From: an uncultured Planctomycetia bacterium
GTDB taxonomy: Bacteria; Omnitrophota; Gorgyraeia; 2-01-FULL-45-10
Direction: 5' to 3'
NCBI GenBank assembly: GCA_964352425.1
Contig: CAYGRZ010000005.1
Span: 1 to 61,206, forward strand
DNA: 61,206 nucleotides
Below the pieces are notes generated by a model, which was not told the DNA's origin, searched no databases, and worked only from the letters and a program-made list of their open reading frames with translations. Each line of letters opens with the position of its first letter. Positions within the stretch are counted from its first letter, which is position 1. Positions 51,147-60,108 of this stretch are shown here, piece by piece. Position numbers and translations under genes: made by a program.

Positions 51147-53579
51147 ATGCCTATGTTCAACCGTTTTACCGAGCGCGCAAGAAAAGTGATACTGCTCGCA
51201 AAGGAAGAGGCGAAGAGGTTTAATCACGACTACATCGGGACCGAGCATATCCTGCTCGGGCTCGTCAGGGAAGGCGAGGGCGTGGCGGCGGCAGTCCTGG
51301 CGAGTTTTGCCTTGAGCCCCGAAAAGATACGGCTCGAAGTGGAAAAGCTGGTCCAGCCGGGGCCGAGCACCGTCGTGTCGGGCGACCTGCCGTTCACGCC
51401 GAAGGCGAAGAAGGTCATCGAGCTCTCGATAGACGAGGCGCGCGCGCTCGGGCACAACTATATCGGTACCGAGCACCTGCTGCTCGGCCTGATCAGGGAA
51501 GGCGAGGGTGTCGCGTCGCAGGTGCTGATGAACCTCGGCCTGGAACTTGAGAAGGTCAGGGAAGAGGTGATGAACCTGCTCGGCTCCGAAGTGCCGGGAT
51601 ACGAGATGGGCCAGAAGGTCTCGCAGGCGAAGACGCCGGCGCTCGACGCGTTCGGGAGGGACCTGACGAAACTGGCGAAAGACGGCAAGCTCGACCCCGT
51701 GATCGGCAGGAAGAACGAGATCGAGCGCGTGATACAGATACTGTCGAGGAGGACGAAAAATAACCCGGTGCTGCTGGGCGAGGCGGGCGTCGGCAAGACA
51801 GCGATCGTCGAGGGGCTTGCCGAGATGATCGTGGCCGGAGAGATGCCCGAGAGCCTGAAGGACAAGCGCCTGATCATACTCGACCTCGCGCTGATGGTCG
51901 CCGGCACCAAGTACCGGGGGCAGTTCGAGGAGAGGATCAAGGCCGTGATGGACGAGATCAAGCGGTCCGAGGACATCATCATATTCATCGACGAGCTGCA
52001 TACCCTGATCGGCGCCGGCGGCGCCGAGGGCGCGATAGACGCCTCCAACATACTGAAACCGGCGCTGTCGCGCGGCGAGATACAGTGCATCGGCGCGACG
52101 ACGCTTGACGAATACAGGAAGCATATCGAGAAGGACGCGGCGCTCGAGCGGCGGTTCCAGACGATCATGGTCGAGCCGCCCAGCGTCGACGAAACGATAG
52201 AGATATTGAAGGGCTTACGTGACAAGTATGAGGCGCACCACCGCATCAAGTTCACCGACGGGGCGCTTGAAGCGGCGGCGAAGCTTTCCGACCGGTATAT
52301 CAGCGGCCGTTACCTGCCGGACAAGGCGATCGACCTCATCGATGAAGCGGGCGCCCGCGCGCGCCTCTCGGTGATGACCGCGCCGCCCGACGTGAAGCAT
52401 GTCGAGGACCGGATGGCGGTCGTGCGGCAGGAGAAAGAATCCGCCGTCAAAAACCAGGATTTTGAAAAAGCGGCAAAGTTCAGGGATGAGGAACGGAAAT
52501 TAAAAGACGACCTGAACAAGACCAAGCGCGAGTGGAAAGAATCGAAAGGAAAGTTCGAGCCGAAAGTGACCGACGACGATATCGCGACGATAGTCTCCAA
52601 ATGGACCGGCATCCCGATCGTGAAGCTCGAGGAGAAAGAGCAGGACAAGTTCCTGAAGATGGAGGAGTCGATGCACAAGCGCGTGATCGGCCAGGACGAG
52701 AGCATATCGGCGATCGCGCACGCGGTCAGGCGCTCGCGCGCCGGCATCAAGGACCCGCGCAGGCCGATCGGGTCGTTCATATTCCTCGGGCCCACCGGCG
52801 TCGGCAAGACGCTGGTCGGCAAGGCGCTCGCGGAATTCATGTTCGGCGATGAGGACGCGATCATCCAGATAGACATGTCCGAATACATGGAGAAGTTCAA
52901 TGTCTCCAGGCTCGTCGGGGCGCCTCCGGGGTACGTCGGCTACGAAGAGGGCGGGCAGCTGACCGAGAAGGTGCGGCGGAAGCCCTATTCGGTCGTGCTG
53001 CTCGACGAGATCGAGAAGGCCCATACCGACGTGTTCAATTTGCTGCTGCAGATGCTCGAGGAAGGCCGCCTGACCGATTCGTTCGGCAGGAAGGTTGATT
53101 TCAAAAATACGATCATCATCATGACCTCGAACATCGGCGCGGAGATGCTGAAGAAACAGGGCTCGATCGGCTTCAAGGCCCAGACAGAGGACGCGTCATA
53201 TCAATCGATGAAAGACCGGCTTCTCGACGAGGTCAAGAAGGCGTTCAAGCCTGAGTTCCTGAACAGGGTCGACGACATCATTGTCTTCAGGTCCCTGACG
53301 AAAGAAGATCTCGGGCGCATAGTCTCGCTCGAGATCAGGGACGTCGAGTCGCGCCTGGAAGAGCAGGATATAAAGATCGAGCTGAGCCAGGAAGCGAAAG
53401 ACTTCCTGATAGAGAAGGGGTTTGACAAGACCTTCGGCGCCAGGCCCCTGAAGAGGACGATCCAGCGTTTTCTGGAAGACCCGCTCGCGGAAGAGATCAT
53501 CAAAGGCTCTTTCAAGAAGGGCGGGAAGGTGATGGTGACCGCTAAAGTTGACCATTTAGAATTCGCGGTTACTAAATGA
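51147..53579 (+). CDS. clpC: ATP-dependent Clp protease ATP-binding subunit ClpC
   Basis: 810 aa. Double Clp_N repeat, two AAA+ modules (GEAGVGKT, GPTGVGKT) and a middle-domain UVR motif FEKAAKFRDEE. Confidence 0.93.
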   Translation: MPMFNRFTERARKVILLAKEEAKRFNHDYIGTEHILLGLVREGEGVAAAVLASFALSPEKIRLEVEKLVQPGPSTVVSGDLPFTPKAKKVIELSIDEARALGHNYIGTEHLLLGLIREGEGVASQVLMNLGLELEKVREEVMNLLGSEVPGYEMGQKVSQAKTPALDAFGRDLTKLAKDGKLDPVIGRKNEIERVIQILSRRTKNNPVLLGEAGVGKTAIVEGLAEMIVAGEMPESLKDKRLIILDLALMVAGTKYRGQFEERIKAVMDEIKRSEDIIIFIDELHTLIGAGGAEGAIDASNILKPALSRGEIQCIGATTLDEYRKHIEKDAALERRFQTIMVEPPSVDETIEILKGLRDKYEAHHRIKFTDGALEAAAKLSDRYISGRYLPDKAIDLIDEAGARARLSVMTAPPDVKHVEDRMAVVRQEKESAVKNQDFEKAAKFRDEERKLKDDLNKTKREWKESKGKFEPKVTDDDIATIVSKWTGIPIVKLEEKEQDKFLKMEESMHKRVIGQDESISAIAHAVRRSRAGIKDPRRPIGSFIFLGPTGVGKTLVGKALAEFMFGDEDAIIQIDMSEYMEKFNVSRLVGAPPGYVGYEEGGQLTEKVRRKPYSVVLLDEIEKAHTDVFNLLLQMLEEGRLTDSFGRKVDFKNTIIIMTSNIGAEMLKKQGSIGFKAQTEDASYQSMKDRLLDEVKKAFKPEFLNRVDDIIVFRSLTKEDLGRIVSLEIRDVESRLEEQDIKIELSQEAKDFLIEKGFDKTFGARPLKRTIQRFLEDPLAEEIIKGSFKKGGKVMVTAKVDHLEFAVTK

Positions 53580-53747
53580 CAAATGACGAAATTCCTGCCT
53601 GCCGGCAGGCAGGCGAATGACAAGGCAAGTTCAAAGTTCAAAAGTCAAAGTTCAAAGTGACAGTCAAAAGTTTAAAACTTTTTACTTTAATTTTGAACTT
53701 TGGACTTTGATCTTTGGACTTCAATTGTCATGTGCGCTTTGTCATTT
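53574..53747. repeat. AT-rich long palindromic intergenic element, copy A (with a nested GC palindrome)
   Basis: About 170 nt. Arms are built of AAAGTTCAAA / TTTGAACTTT-type submotifs around the centre AAAAGTTTAAAACTTTT (53671-53676). Begins within the clpC stop codon. Carries CCTGCCTGCCGGCAGGCAGG at 53594-53613. Confidence 0.9.
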
Positions 53748-53761
53748 AAATTTTTAAAAAT

Positions 53762-55216
53762 ATGAGACGCATAAGGAGCAGGAAGCGTTTCAAGTTTGTC
53801 CTTTTTGTCCTGTTGACGCTCTGCTTTACCATGTTCCTTGAGAGCAGGATAGAGGCCCTCGTGCCGGAGCTGAAGAGCCTGGCGGAGACGCATATCGAGC
53901 AGATGATGGGCGGCAGGATGAAGCTCTTCATAGGCTCGGTCGATGGCGGCATACTCCAACCGATCGTGCTGAACGATATCAGGATACAGCAGGCTGAAGG
54001 CTCGGCTCTTTTCCAGTCACTGTTGATCAGCACTATCAGGACGAATTACCATGTCTGGGACCTCCTGAAGAGCGCCAGGGACAAGCCCGAGGCGCTGGAG
54101 AAGGGCTCGTCGATCTACGCGACCTTTACGATGCCGAGCGCCGATGTCAGGGGATTCGTCGGGCTCGAAGGAGACCTTACCGACTCGAAGGTGAGCGGGT
54201 ATCTCGTCTTTTACAGGAAACACAAGATATACTTCAGCGGGACCGTCAAGGGCGATGTCTTCGACATGGAGATCAGGCCGGACCGGTCCGATCTCGGATC
54301 CCTGAGGGCTACCGGCGGCATATCGGATGACGGCGTGTTCGCCGTACACCTGAAGGCCGTGCATCTCAAGCTGGGCGGGTTCGATGTCGTTTGCGACGCG
54401 CAGCTGCGGAACAGGAAGGTGAGCGCGTCGGAGACCCGTGACGGATATATCGAGGGCTCACTCGAGACGAGCAAGCTCATCCTGAACTATAAACCGTTCG
54501 CCGACCTGAAGGCCTCGTACAGGGTATCCCGCGGCGTGCTGGAGATACCGGCTATGAGCCTCGGCGAGATCCTGAAGGTGTACGGAAAGGTTAATTTTAA
54601 GAAGCCGGCCACCGTCGACCTGACGCTTCTGGCGAACAACGTTTCCTTGAGCTGGCTGATGCTGACATTCGGGCAGAAGGAAGCGATGTCGATCCTTACG
54701 GGGACGATGAGCGGCAAATTCGAGATGAAAGGCCCGGTAAAGAAGATGAAGGTCAGCTCCCGTTTCGAGATACGGAAAGGGACGATCGGGCCGCTCGATT
54801 TTGACGCTTTGAGCGCGAGCGTGAAGGGGGAGCTACCCTTCCTGAAGATAGAGGATTCGCGCATCACCAGGCAGAGCGGGTACTTTGCGCTGGCCGGCGA
54901 GATCGATGTGAGGCGCGCGGGAAAAGACAGCATGTTCGACAGCATCAGGCTCATCACCGATGACGGGGCGATAAGCTGGGACGACTGGAATACGACCAGC
55001 TCGCGTGACGGCCAGAACGTCAGCATGAGGAAGAAGCTGTACGACAATATCGAGATCGAGTATAAGAAGGTCATCGACGGAAATACCATCGACGAAAGCT
55101 CAAGGGACAAGGATGAGGTCAGGTTCGAATACAAACTGCAGCCGACCGACAGCCTGAAGGTGATGGTGGGGCAGGACAACGATTTCTTCGGTTTTGAGCA
55201 TAAGGACAAGTTCTAG
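53762..55216 (+). CDS. Hypothetical N-terminally anchored envelope protein upstream of mlaEFD (possibly AsmA/TamB-like)
   Basis: 484 aa. Single N-terminal TM helix followed by beta-rich sequence. Its stop abuts the mlaE start. No family recognised with certainty. Confidence 0.4.
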   Translation: MRRIRSRKRFKFVLFVLLTLCFTMFLESRIEALVPELKSLAETHIEQMMGGRMKLFIGSVDGGILQPIVLNDIRIQQAEGSALFQSLLISTIRTNYHVWDLLKSARDKPEALEKGSSIYATFTMPSADVRGFVGLEGDLTDSKVSGYLVFYRKHKIYFSGTVKGDVFDMEIRPDRSDLGSLRATGGISDDGVFAVHLKAVHLKLGGFDVVCDAQLRNRKVSASETRDGYIEGSLETSKLILNYKPFADLKASYRVSRGVLEIPAMSLGEILKVYGKVNFKKPATVDLTLLANNVSLSWLMLTFGQKEAMSILTGTMSGKFEMKGPVKKMKVSSRFEIRKGTIGPLDFDALSASVKGELPFLKIEDSRITRQSGYFALAGEIDVRRAGKDSMFDSIRLITDDGAISWDDWNTTSSRDGQNVSMRKKLYDNIEIEYKKVIDGNTIDESSRDKDEVRFEYKLQPTDSLKVMVGQDNDFFGFEHKDKF

Positions 55217-56020
55217 ATGAAGATGATGATATTGAAGACGGTCAGGTTCGCCGGGATGCTCGGCCACCGCTGCATGGAGACGGTCAGGTACGCCGGCGGC
55301 ATGTCGATACTGATGGGCCAGACGCTCTTCTGGATACCGATGCCGCCCGCGCGGGGCCGCCAGATCGTCGAACAGATGTCGAAAATAGGCGTCGACAGCC
55401 TTCCGATCGTATCGATGATAAGCCTCTTTACCGGCATGGTGCTCGCGCTGCAAAGCGCGTACCAGCTGCAGCGCTTCGCGGCGGAGATGTACATAGCGTC
55501 GCTGGTCGCGTTCTCGATGACCAGGGAGCTCGGGCCGGTCCTGACGGCGCTGATCGTCGCGGGCAGGGTCGGCGCCTCGATCACGGCGGAACTTGGCACA
55601 ATGAAGGTGACCGAGCAGATCGACGCGCTGGAGACGCTTGCGACGAACCCGGTCAAGTACCTGGTCGTGCCGCGTTTCCTGGCGCTCATCATCATGGTGC
55701 CGCTCTTAACTGCCTATGCCGACCTCATAGGTATCATGGGGGGCTACATCGTAGGGGTATACAAGCTCAATATAACCCATGCCGTGTACATGAAGAACAC
55801 GTGGAACCCGCTCAAGTACAAGGACATATATACGGGGCTGATCAAGAGCTTCTTCTTCGGGGTGATAGTCTGCATCGTCGCCTGTTACGAAGGGATGAAG
55901 ACCGAAGGCGGCGCCGAGGGCGTGGGCCGTTCAACGACGGCGAGCGTCGTAGTAAGCTTCATCCTGATCATAGCGTCGGACTGCCTCTTCACGGCGCTCT
56001 TCTATTTCATAGGAAGATAG
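55217..56020 (+). CDS. mlaE: MlaE-family ABC transporter permease
   Basis: GVDSLPIVSMISLFTGMVLALQS...RELGPVLTALIVAGRVGASITAELGTMKVTEQIDAL is the MlaE signature. Confidence 0.88.
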   Translation: MKMMILKTVRFAGMLGHRCMETVRYAGGMSILMGQTLFWIPMPPARGRQIVEQMSKIGVDSLPIVSMISLFTGMVLALQSAYQLQRFAAEMYIASLVAFSMTRELGPVLTALIVAGRVGASITAELGTMKVTEQIDALETLATNPVKYLVVPRFLALIIMVPLLTAYADLIGIMGGYIVGVYKLNITHAVYMKNTWNPLKYKDIYTGLIKSFFFGVIVCIVACYEGMKTEGGAEGVGRSTTASVVVSFILIIASDCLFTALFYFIGR

Positions 56021-56030
56021 AGCAGATCAG

Positions 56031-56798
56031 ATGATAGAGATAAAAGACCTTTATAAGGCGTTTGACGGCCACCAGGTGCTGGACGGCGTGAACCTCACAA
56101 TCAACACAGGCGAGACGACCGTTATTATAGGCCGCTCCGGCTGCGGGAAGAGCGTACTGCTCAAGCATATCATAGGGCTCCTGAAACCCGACTCCGGGCA
56201 GATAATCATCGACGGAAAAGATGTCGCGAAGATGGACGAGAAGGAGCTCAGCTCCCTGAGGATGAAATTCGGGATGCTCTTCCAGGGCGCCGCGCTCTTT
56301 GATTCGCTGAACATCCTCGAGAACGTCGGTTTCGGGATGATCGAGCATACCAATACCGGCCAGGAAGCTATCAGAAAAAGGGTCAAGGAGTGCCTGGCGC
56401 TCGTCGGCCTCAGGGGAATAGAACACAAGAAGCCGGCTGAGCTCTCGGGCGGCATGAAGAAACGGGTGGGGCTGGCCAGGGCGATCGCCCTGCGCCCGCA
56501 GATAATATTATACGATGAGCCGACCACCGGCGTCGACCCGATCATGGGCGACGCGATCAACGACCTTATCGTGGAGCTGCATAACAAGCTGAAGGTGACC
56601 TCGATCGCCGTCACGCACGACATGACGAGCGCGTACAAGATAGCGGACAGGATGGCGATGCTGTATAACGGCAAGATAATAACGGTCGGCGCTCCCGACG
56701 AGATAAAGGGCACGAAAGACCCTGTGGTGCGCCAGTTCATCACCGGCGCGGGCAAGGGGCCCATTACCGAAGGCATCGATTTCGAGCATCTGATATAA
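56031..56798 (+). CDS. mlaF: MlaF-like ABC transporter ATP-binding protein
   Basis: Walker A GRSGCGKS, signature LSGGMKKR, Walker B ILYDEPTTGVD. Confidence 0.85.
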   Translation: MIEIKDLYKAFDGHQVLDGVNLTINTGETTVIIGRSGCGKSVLLKHIIGLLKPDSGQIIIDGKDVAKMDEKELSSLRMKFGMLFQGAALFDSLNILENVGFGMIEHTNTGQEAIRKRVKECLALVGLRGIEHKKPAELSGGMKKRVGLARAIALRPQIILYDEPTTGVDPIMGDAINDLIVELHNKLKVTSIAVTHDMTSAYKIADRMAMLYNGKIITVGAPDEIKGTKDPVVRQFITGAGKGPITEGIDFEHLI

Positions 56799-56830
56799 CC
56801 ATAAACAGGGTAGACACAAGGAGAGGCTAC

Positions 56831-57523
56831 ATGGAAACGACGCGGGTGTTTGAAGTGAAGGTCGGCATGTTCATACTTATAGGGATCGCGATACTCTTCG
56901 CCATCGTATTCTCGATCGGGGATATCAATATCTCCAAAGCGGGATATCATGTAACGGTCAGGTTCAATTTCGCCGGCGGTCTCGGCTCATCGGCGCCGGT
57001 ACGGGTCGCCGGCGTCGGGGTCGGCAATGTCCAGGGCGTGAAGATCATCTTCAGCGAGAAGGAAGCGAGGTCATACGCGGAAGTATACACGTTCATACAG
57101 GAAGAGGCGAAGATCGAGAAGGACGCGAAGGTCACGATCAATACGCTCGGCCTCCTCGGCGAAAAATATCTCGAGGTATATCCCGGCACGCCGGGCAGCC
57201 CGCTCCTGAAGAACGGCGACGTCATCGTCGGACGGGATCCCGTCATCATGGAAAAGCTGACCGAAAACCTCGTGAACCTTTCCGAATCAGCCACGACGAT
57301 CGTCGACAGGCTGAAGAAGGGGGAGGGCTTCGTCGGCAAGCTTCTGACCGAGGAGGGCGCCTATACCGACTTCACGGTGATGATGACGAACTTTAAGGAT
57401 TTCAGCGCCGATCTCAAGGCCGTCGGAGGTGATCTCAAGGCGACCGGCACGAATTTTAAAGATTTCAGCGAGGACTTGAAAAGGCACCCCTGGAAACTAT
57501 TGAACAAGCCCAGGGGAGAATAA
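56831..57523 (+). CDS. mlaD: MlaD-family (MCE domain) protein
   Basis: N-terminal TM helix. MCE core GLGSSAPVRVAGVGVGNVQGV...GLLGEKYLEVYPG. Confidence 0.8.
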   Translation: METTRVFEVKVGMFILIGIAILFAIVFSIGDINISKAGYHVTVRFNFAGGLGSSAPVRVAGVGVGNVQGVKIIFSEKEARSYAEVYTFIQEEAKIEKDAKVTINTLGLLGEKYLEVYPGTPGSPLLKNGDVIVGRDPVIMEKLTENLVNLSESATTIVDRLKKGEGFVGKLLTEEGAYTDFTVMMTNFKDFSADLKAVGGDLKATGTNFKDFSEDLKRHPWKLLNKPRGE

Positions 57524-57540
57524 CGATCGGGGGATAGGCT

Positions 57541-58566
57541 ATGACAACCACTTTCTTAAGGCTTTTTTTCATTTTTTTAAGCACGGTAGTCGGGTATTAT
57601 GTCGGGTCGCTGCTGGGCGGGTTCTCTCCCGCATGGGCTTTCGCGGGTTCGATCATGGGCTTCGTCGGCGCTCTCCTGATAATCGTGCTGGAGCTCGGCA
57701 TGAGGCGGTTCTCTATACGTAACCTCTCCGCCGCGGTCTTCGGGCTCCTGTTCGGGTTCTTCATGGCATGGGTCCTGACGAGCGTGCTCCGGCTGATCCC
57801 GATGTCGCTCGAGCTCTTCGCCTCGTTCCAGATCATCCTGATCCTGATCTTCTGCTACCTCGGCATGATCATCGCGATGCGCGGCAAGGACGAGTTCAAC
57901 CTGATCATCCCGTACGTAAAATTCGTCAGGCAGGACAAGCAGGAGGACGTGATCCTGCTCGACACGAGCGTGATCATAGACGGCAGGATCGCGGACATGC
58001 TTCAGACGCGCTTTATCGAAGGCAGGCTCGTCATACCGCGTTTTGTCCTGAAGGAACTGCAGCAGGTAGCCGATTCGCAGGACGCGCTGAAGCGCAACCG
58101 CGGCAGGCGCGGCCTCGATATATTGAACAAGATACAGAAGGCAGCGGCCTTCGACGTGCGGATACAGGAAGAGGATTTCCCCGACATAAAAGAGGTCGAC
58201 GCGAAGCTTGTGAAGCTCGCCAAGCTTCTCAGCGCGAAGATATTTACGAACGATTTCAACCTGAACAAGATAGCCGAGCTCCAGGGTATCCCGGTCCTCA
58301 ATATCAACGAGCTGGCGAACGCGCTCAGGCCGGTGATGCTGCCCGGCGAGTCGATGGACGTGAGGATCACGAAAGAGGGCAAGGAATACAACCAGGGCGT
58401 GGCGTACCTCGATGACGGGACTATGGTCGTGGTCGACAACTCCAGGCAGATGATAGGGACTGCCGTGAAGGTGGTCGTGACCAGCGTCCTCCAGACGTCC
58501 GCCGGCAGGATGATATTCGCGAAGCTCGAGGACCAGTCGAAGGGCGGGCCCTGGAAGGGCAAATGA
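57541..58566 (+). CDS. yacL: YacL-like membrane-anchored PIN plus TRAM domain protein
   Basis: Four TM helices, PIN domain (ILLDTSVIIDGRI...VIPRFVLKELQ) and a C-terminal TRAM-like beta domain. yacL-ispD-ispF order as in Bacillus. Confidence 0.75.
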   Translation: MTTTFLRLFFIFLSTVVGYYVGSLLGGFSPAWAFAGSIMGFVGALLIIVLELGMRRFSIRNLSAAVFGLLFGFFMAWVLTSVLRLIPMSLELFASFQIILILIFCYLGMIIAMRGKDEFNLIIPYVKFVRQDKQEDVILLDTSVIIDGRIADMLQTRFIEGRLVIPRFVLKELQQVADSQDALKRNRGRRGLDILNKIQKAAAFDVRIQEEDFPDIKEVDAKLVKLAKLLSAKIFTNDFNLNKIAELQGIPVLNINELANALRPVMLPGESMDVRITKEGKEYNQGVAYLDDGTMVVVDNSRQMIGTAVKVVVTSVLQTSAGRMIFAKLEDQSKGGPWKGK

Positions 58567-59345
58567 TTCCCGTTAGAGATCTGAATCTGGCGGGGGCGAA
58601 AAGGGGAATCTCTAACGGGATGAGTCCCGCAATCCTTCCGGCCGGAAAGATCAGCAAGGCACGGTGCAGGGTAGTCGCGATCGTGCCCGCGGCAGGGTGC
58701 GGCAAGCGGCTGGGCTCGAAGGTCAGGAAACCGTTCGTGATGCTCGGCGGCCGTCCGCTCGTTGTCCATGCGTTGAAGACACTGAACGCCTGCGCATCGA
58801 TCGACGCTATAATAGTCGCGGCGGAGGCGTCACAGGTCCGTTCTTTTGAAAAACTTATTGAGAAATACAGGATAGGCAAGGTCGCCGCTATCGTGGCCGG
58901 AGGCACAACGCGGTATGAGTCCGTAAGAAATTGCCTGGGCAAAGTCGGCCCGTCGTTCGACATCGTCGTGATACACGACGGGGCCAGGCCGCTTGTCGAA
59001 AAGAAGACGATAGCCGATGCGATACGGTTGGCGCGCGCGTACGGCGGGTGTATCGTGGCGGTGCCGGAGAGCGATACCGTCAAGCTTGTCGATAAGGCGT
59101 TGTACATAAAGAAGACGCTCGACAGGAGCCGCATATTCAGGGCGCAGACGCCGCAGGCATTCAGGGCGGGCCTGATAAAGAAGGCGTACGCGTTACGGGG
59201 CGATACGGTCACCGATGACGCCAGTCTCGTCGAGGCGGTCGGCGGCAGGGTGAAGATACTTGCCGGGCCGTATCGGAACATAAAGGTCACCACCAAAGAA
59301 GACTTGGCTATAGCGAAGTATTTTTTAAAATATTCTAATCGTTAA
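58563..59345 (+). CDS. ispD: 2-C-methyl-D-erythritol 4-phosphate cytidylyltransferase
   Basis: VAIVPAAGCGKRLG, VIHDGARP and RAQTPQAF motifs. ATGA overlap with yacL. ATG 58620 is an alternative start. Confidence 0.88.
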   Translation: MIPVRDLNLAGAKRGISNGMSPAILPAGKISKARCRVVAIVPAAGCGKRLGSKVRKPFVMLGGRPLVVHALKTLNACASIDAIIVAAEASQVRSFEKLIEKYRIGKVAAIVAGGTTRYESVRNCLGKVGPSFDIVVIHDGARPLVEKKTIADAIRLARAYGGCIVAVPESDTVKLVDKALYIKKTLDRSRIFRAQTPQAFRAGLIKKAYALRGDTVTDDASLVEAVGGRVKILAGPYRNIKVTTKEDLAIAKYFLKYSNR

Positions 59346-59405
59346 AAGAGGTAGTCCTTCAGCGCCTACAATGCTCCTGTTCGTCGCATTGTTTAACGGC
59401 GCTTT

Positions 59406-59483
59406 CCCTCGACTGCGCTCGGGATGGTCCGCACTTCGACTTTGCTCAGTGCGAATGCTGAGCATAGTCGAAGCATTCGAGGG
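59406..59483 (+). repeat. Nested-hairpin element in the ispD-ispF spacer
   Basis: Outer stem CCCTCGA (59406-59412) / TCGAGGG (59477-59483). Inner stem CTTCGACTTTGCTCAG / CTGAGCATAGTCGAAG (59434-59473). Confidence 0.6.
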
Positions 59484-59504
59484 ATGGTGAGCAAGGTCGA
59501 ACCA

Positions 59505-59538
59505 CAGGATCAAATTTACACCGCAAATTTGGGAGGTG
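59505..59538 (+). promoter_or_regulatory. Conserved leader motif upstream of ispF (paralog of 60073-60103)
   Basis: CAGGATCAAATTTACACCGCAAATTTGGGAGGTG: two CAAATTTR palindromic octamers followed directly by the RBS. Confidence 0.55.
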
Positions 59539-59543
59539 CTGTT

Positions 59544-60020
59544 ATGAGAGTCGGGATAGGATATGATATCCACAGGCTTGTTGAGGATAGGCCGCTCATC
59601 CTGGGCGGTGTCGAGATACCGTTTTTTAAAGGGCTCCTGGGCTACTCGGACGGCGATGTTGTGATGCACGCGGTCTCGGACGCGATGCTGGGCGCTCTCT
59701 CGCTCGGCGATATAGGGACGCATTTCTCGAACACCGACCCCGAGTACAAAGACATATCGTCCGGCAAGATCCTGAGGGCGGTCGCCGCGATGATAGCCGA
59801 AAAGAACTATGCCGTGAACAACGTCGATACGATGATACTTGCCGAAGAGCCGAAGATCTACCCGTTCAGGGATAAGATGGCCGACTCTCTTGCCGGCGCG
59901 CTCGGGATCCCGAAAGAGCGGATAAACATAAAGGCGACGACCAACGAAGGCGTCGGCTCCATCGGAAAGGGCGACGCGATAGCGGCCTTTGCCGTCGTCA
60001 CGCTGGAAGAGAAGAGATAA
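59544..60020 (+). CDS. ispF: 2-C-methyl-D-erythritol 2,4-cyclodiphosphate synthase
   Basis: MRVGIGYDIHRL...LGGV.IP...GLLGYSDGDVVMHAVSDAMLGA...GDIG.HF is the canonical IspF sequence. GGGAGGTG RBS. The 59424 ORF start is an artefact. Confidence 0.93.
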   Translation: MRVGIGYDIHRLVEDRPLILGGVEIPFFKGLLGYSDGDVVMHAVSDAMLGALSLGDIGTHFSNTDPEYKDISSGKILRAVAAMIAEKNYAVNNVDTMILAEEPKIYPFRDKMADSLAGALGIPKERINIKATTNEGVGSIGKGDAIAAFAVVTLEEKR

Positions 60021-60034
60021 GATCCTTCGATTGC

Positions 60035-60055
60035 GCCCTGCCTGCCGGCAGGCGG
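60035..60055. repeat. GC-rich palindrome related to 53594-53613
   Basis: CCCTGCCTGCCGGCAGGCGGG, nested in the outer inverted repeat GATTGCG...CGCAATC. Confidence 0.8.
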
Positions 60056-60072
60056 GCTCTTCGTCGCAATCT

Positions 60073-60103
60073 CAGGATCAAATTTGCACGCAAATTTGAG
60101 GTG
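60073..60103 (+). promoter_or_regulatory. Conserved leader motif upstream of cysE (paralog of 59505-59538)
   Basis: CAGGATCAAATTTGCACGCAAATTTGAGGTG. Confidence 0.55.
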
Positions 60104-60108
60104 ACACT

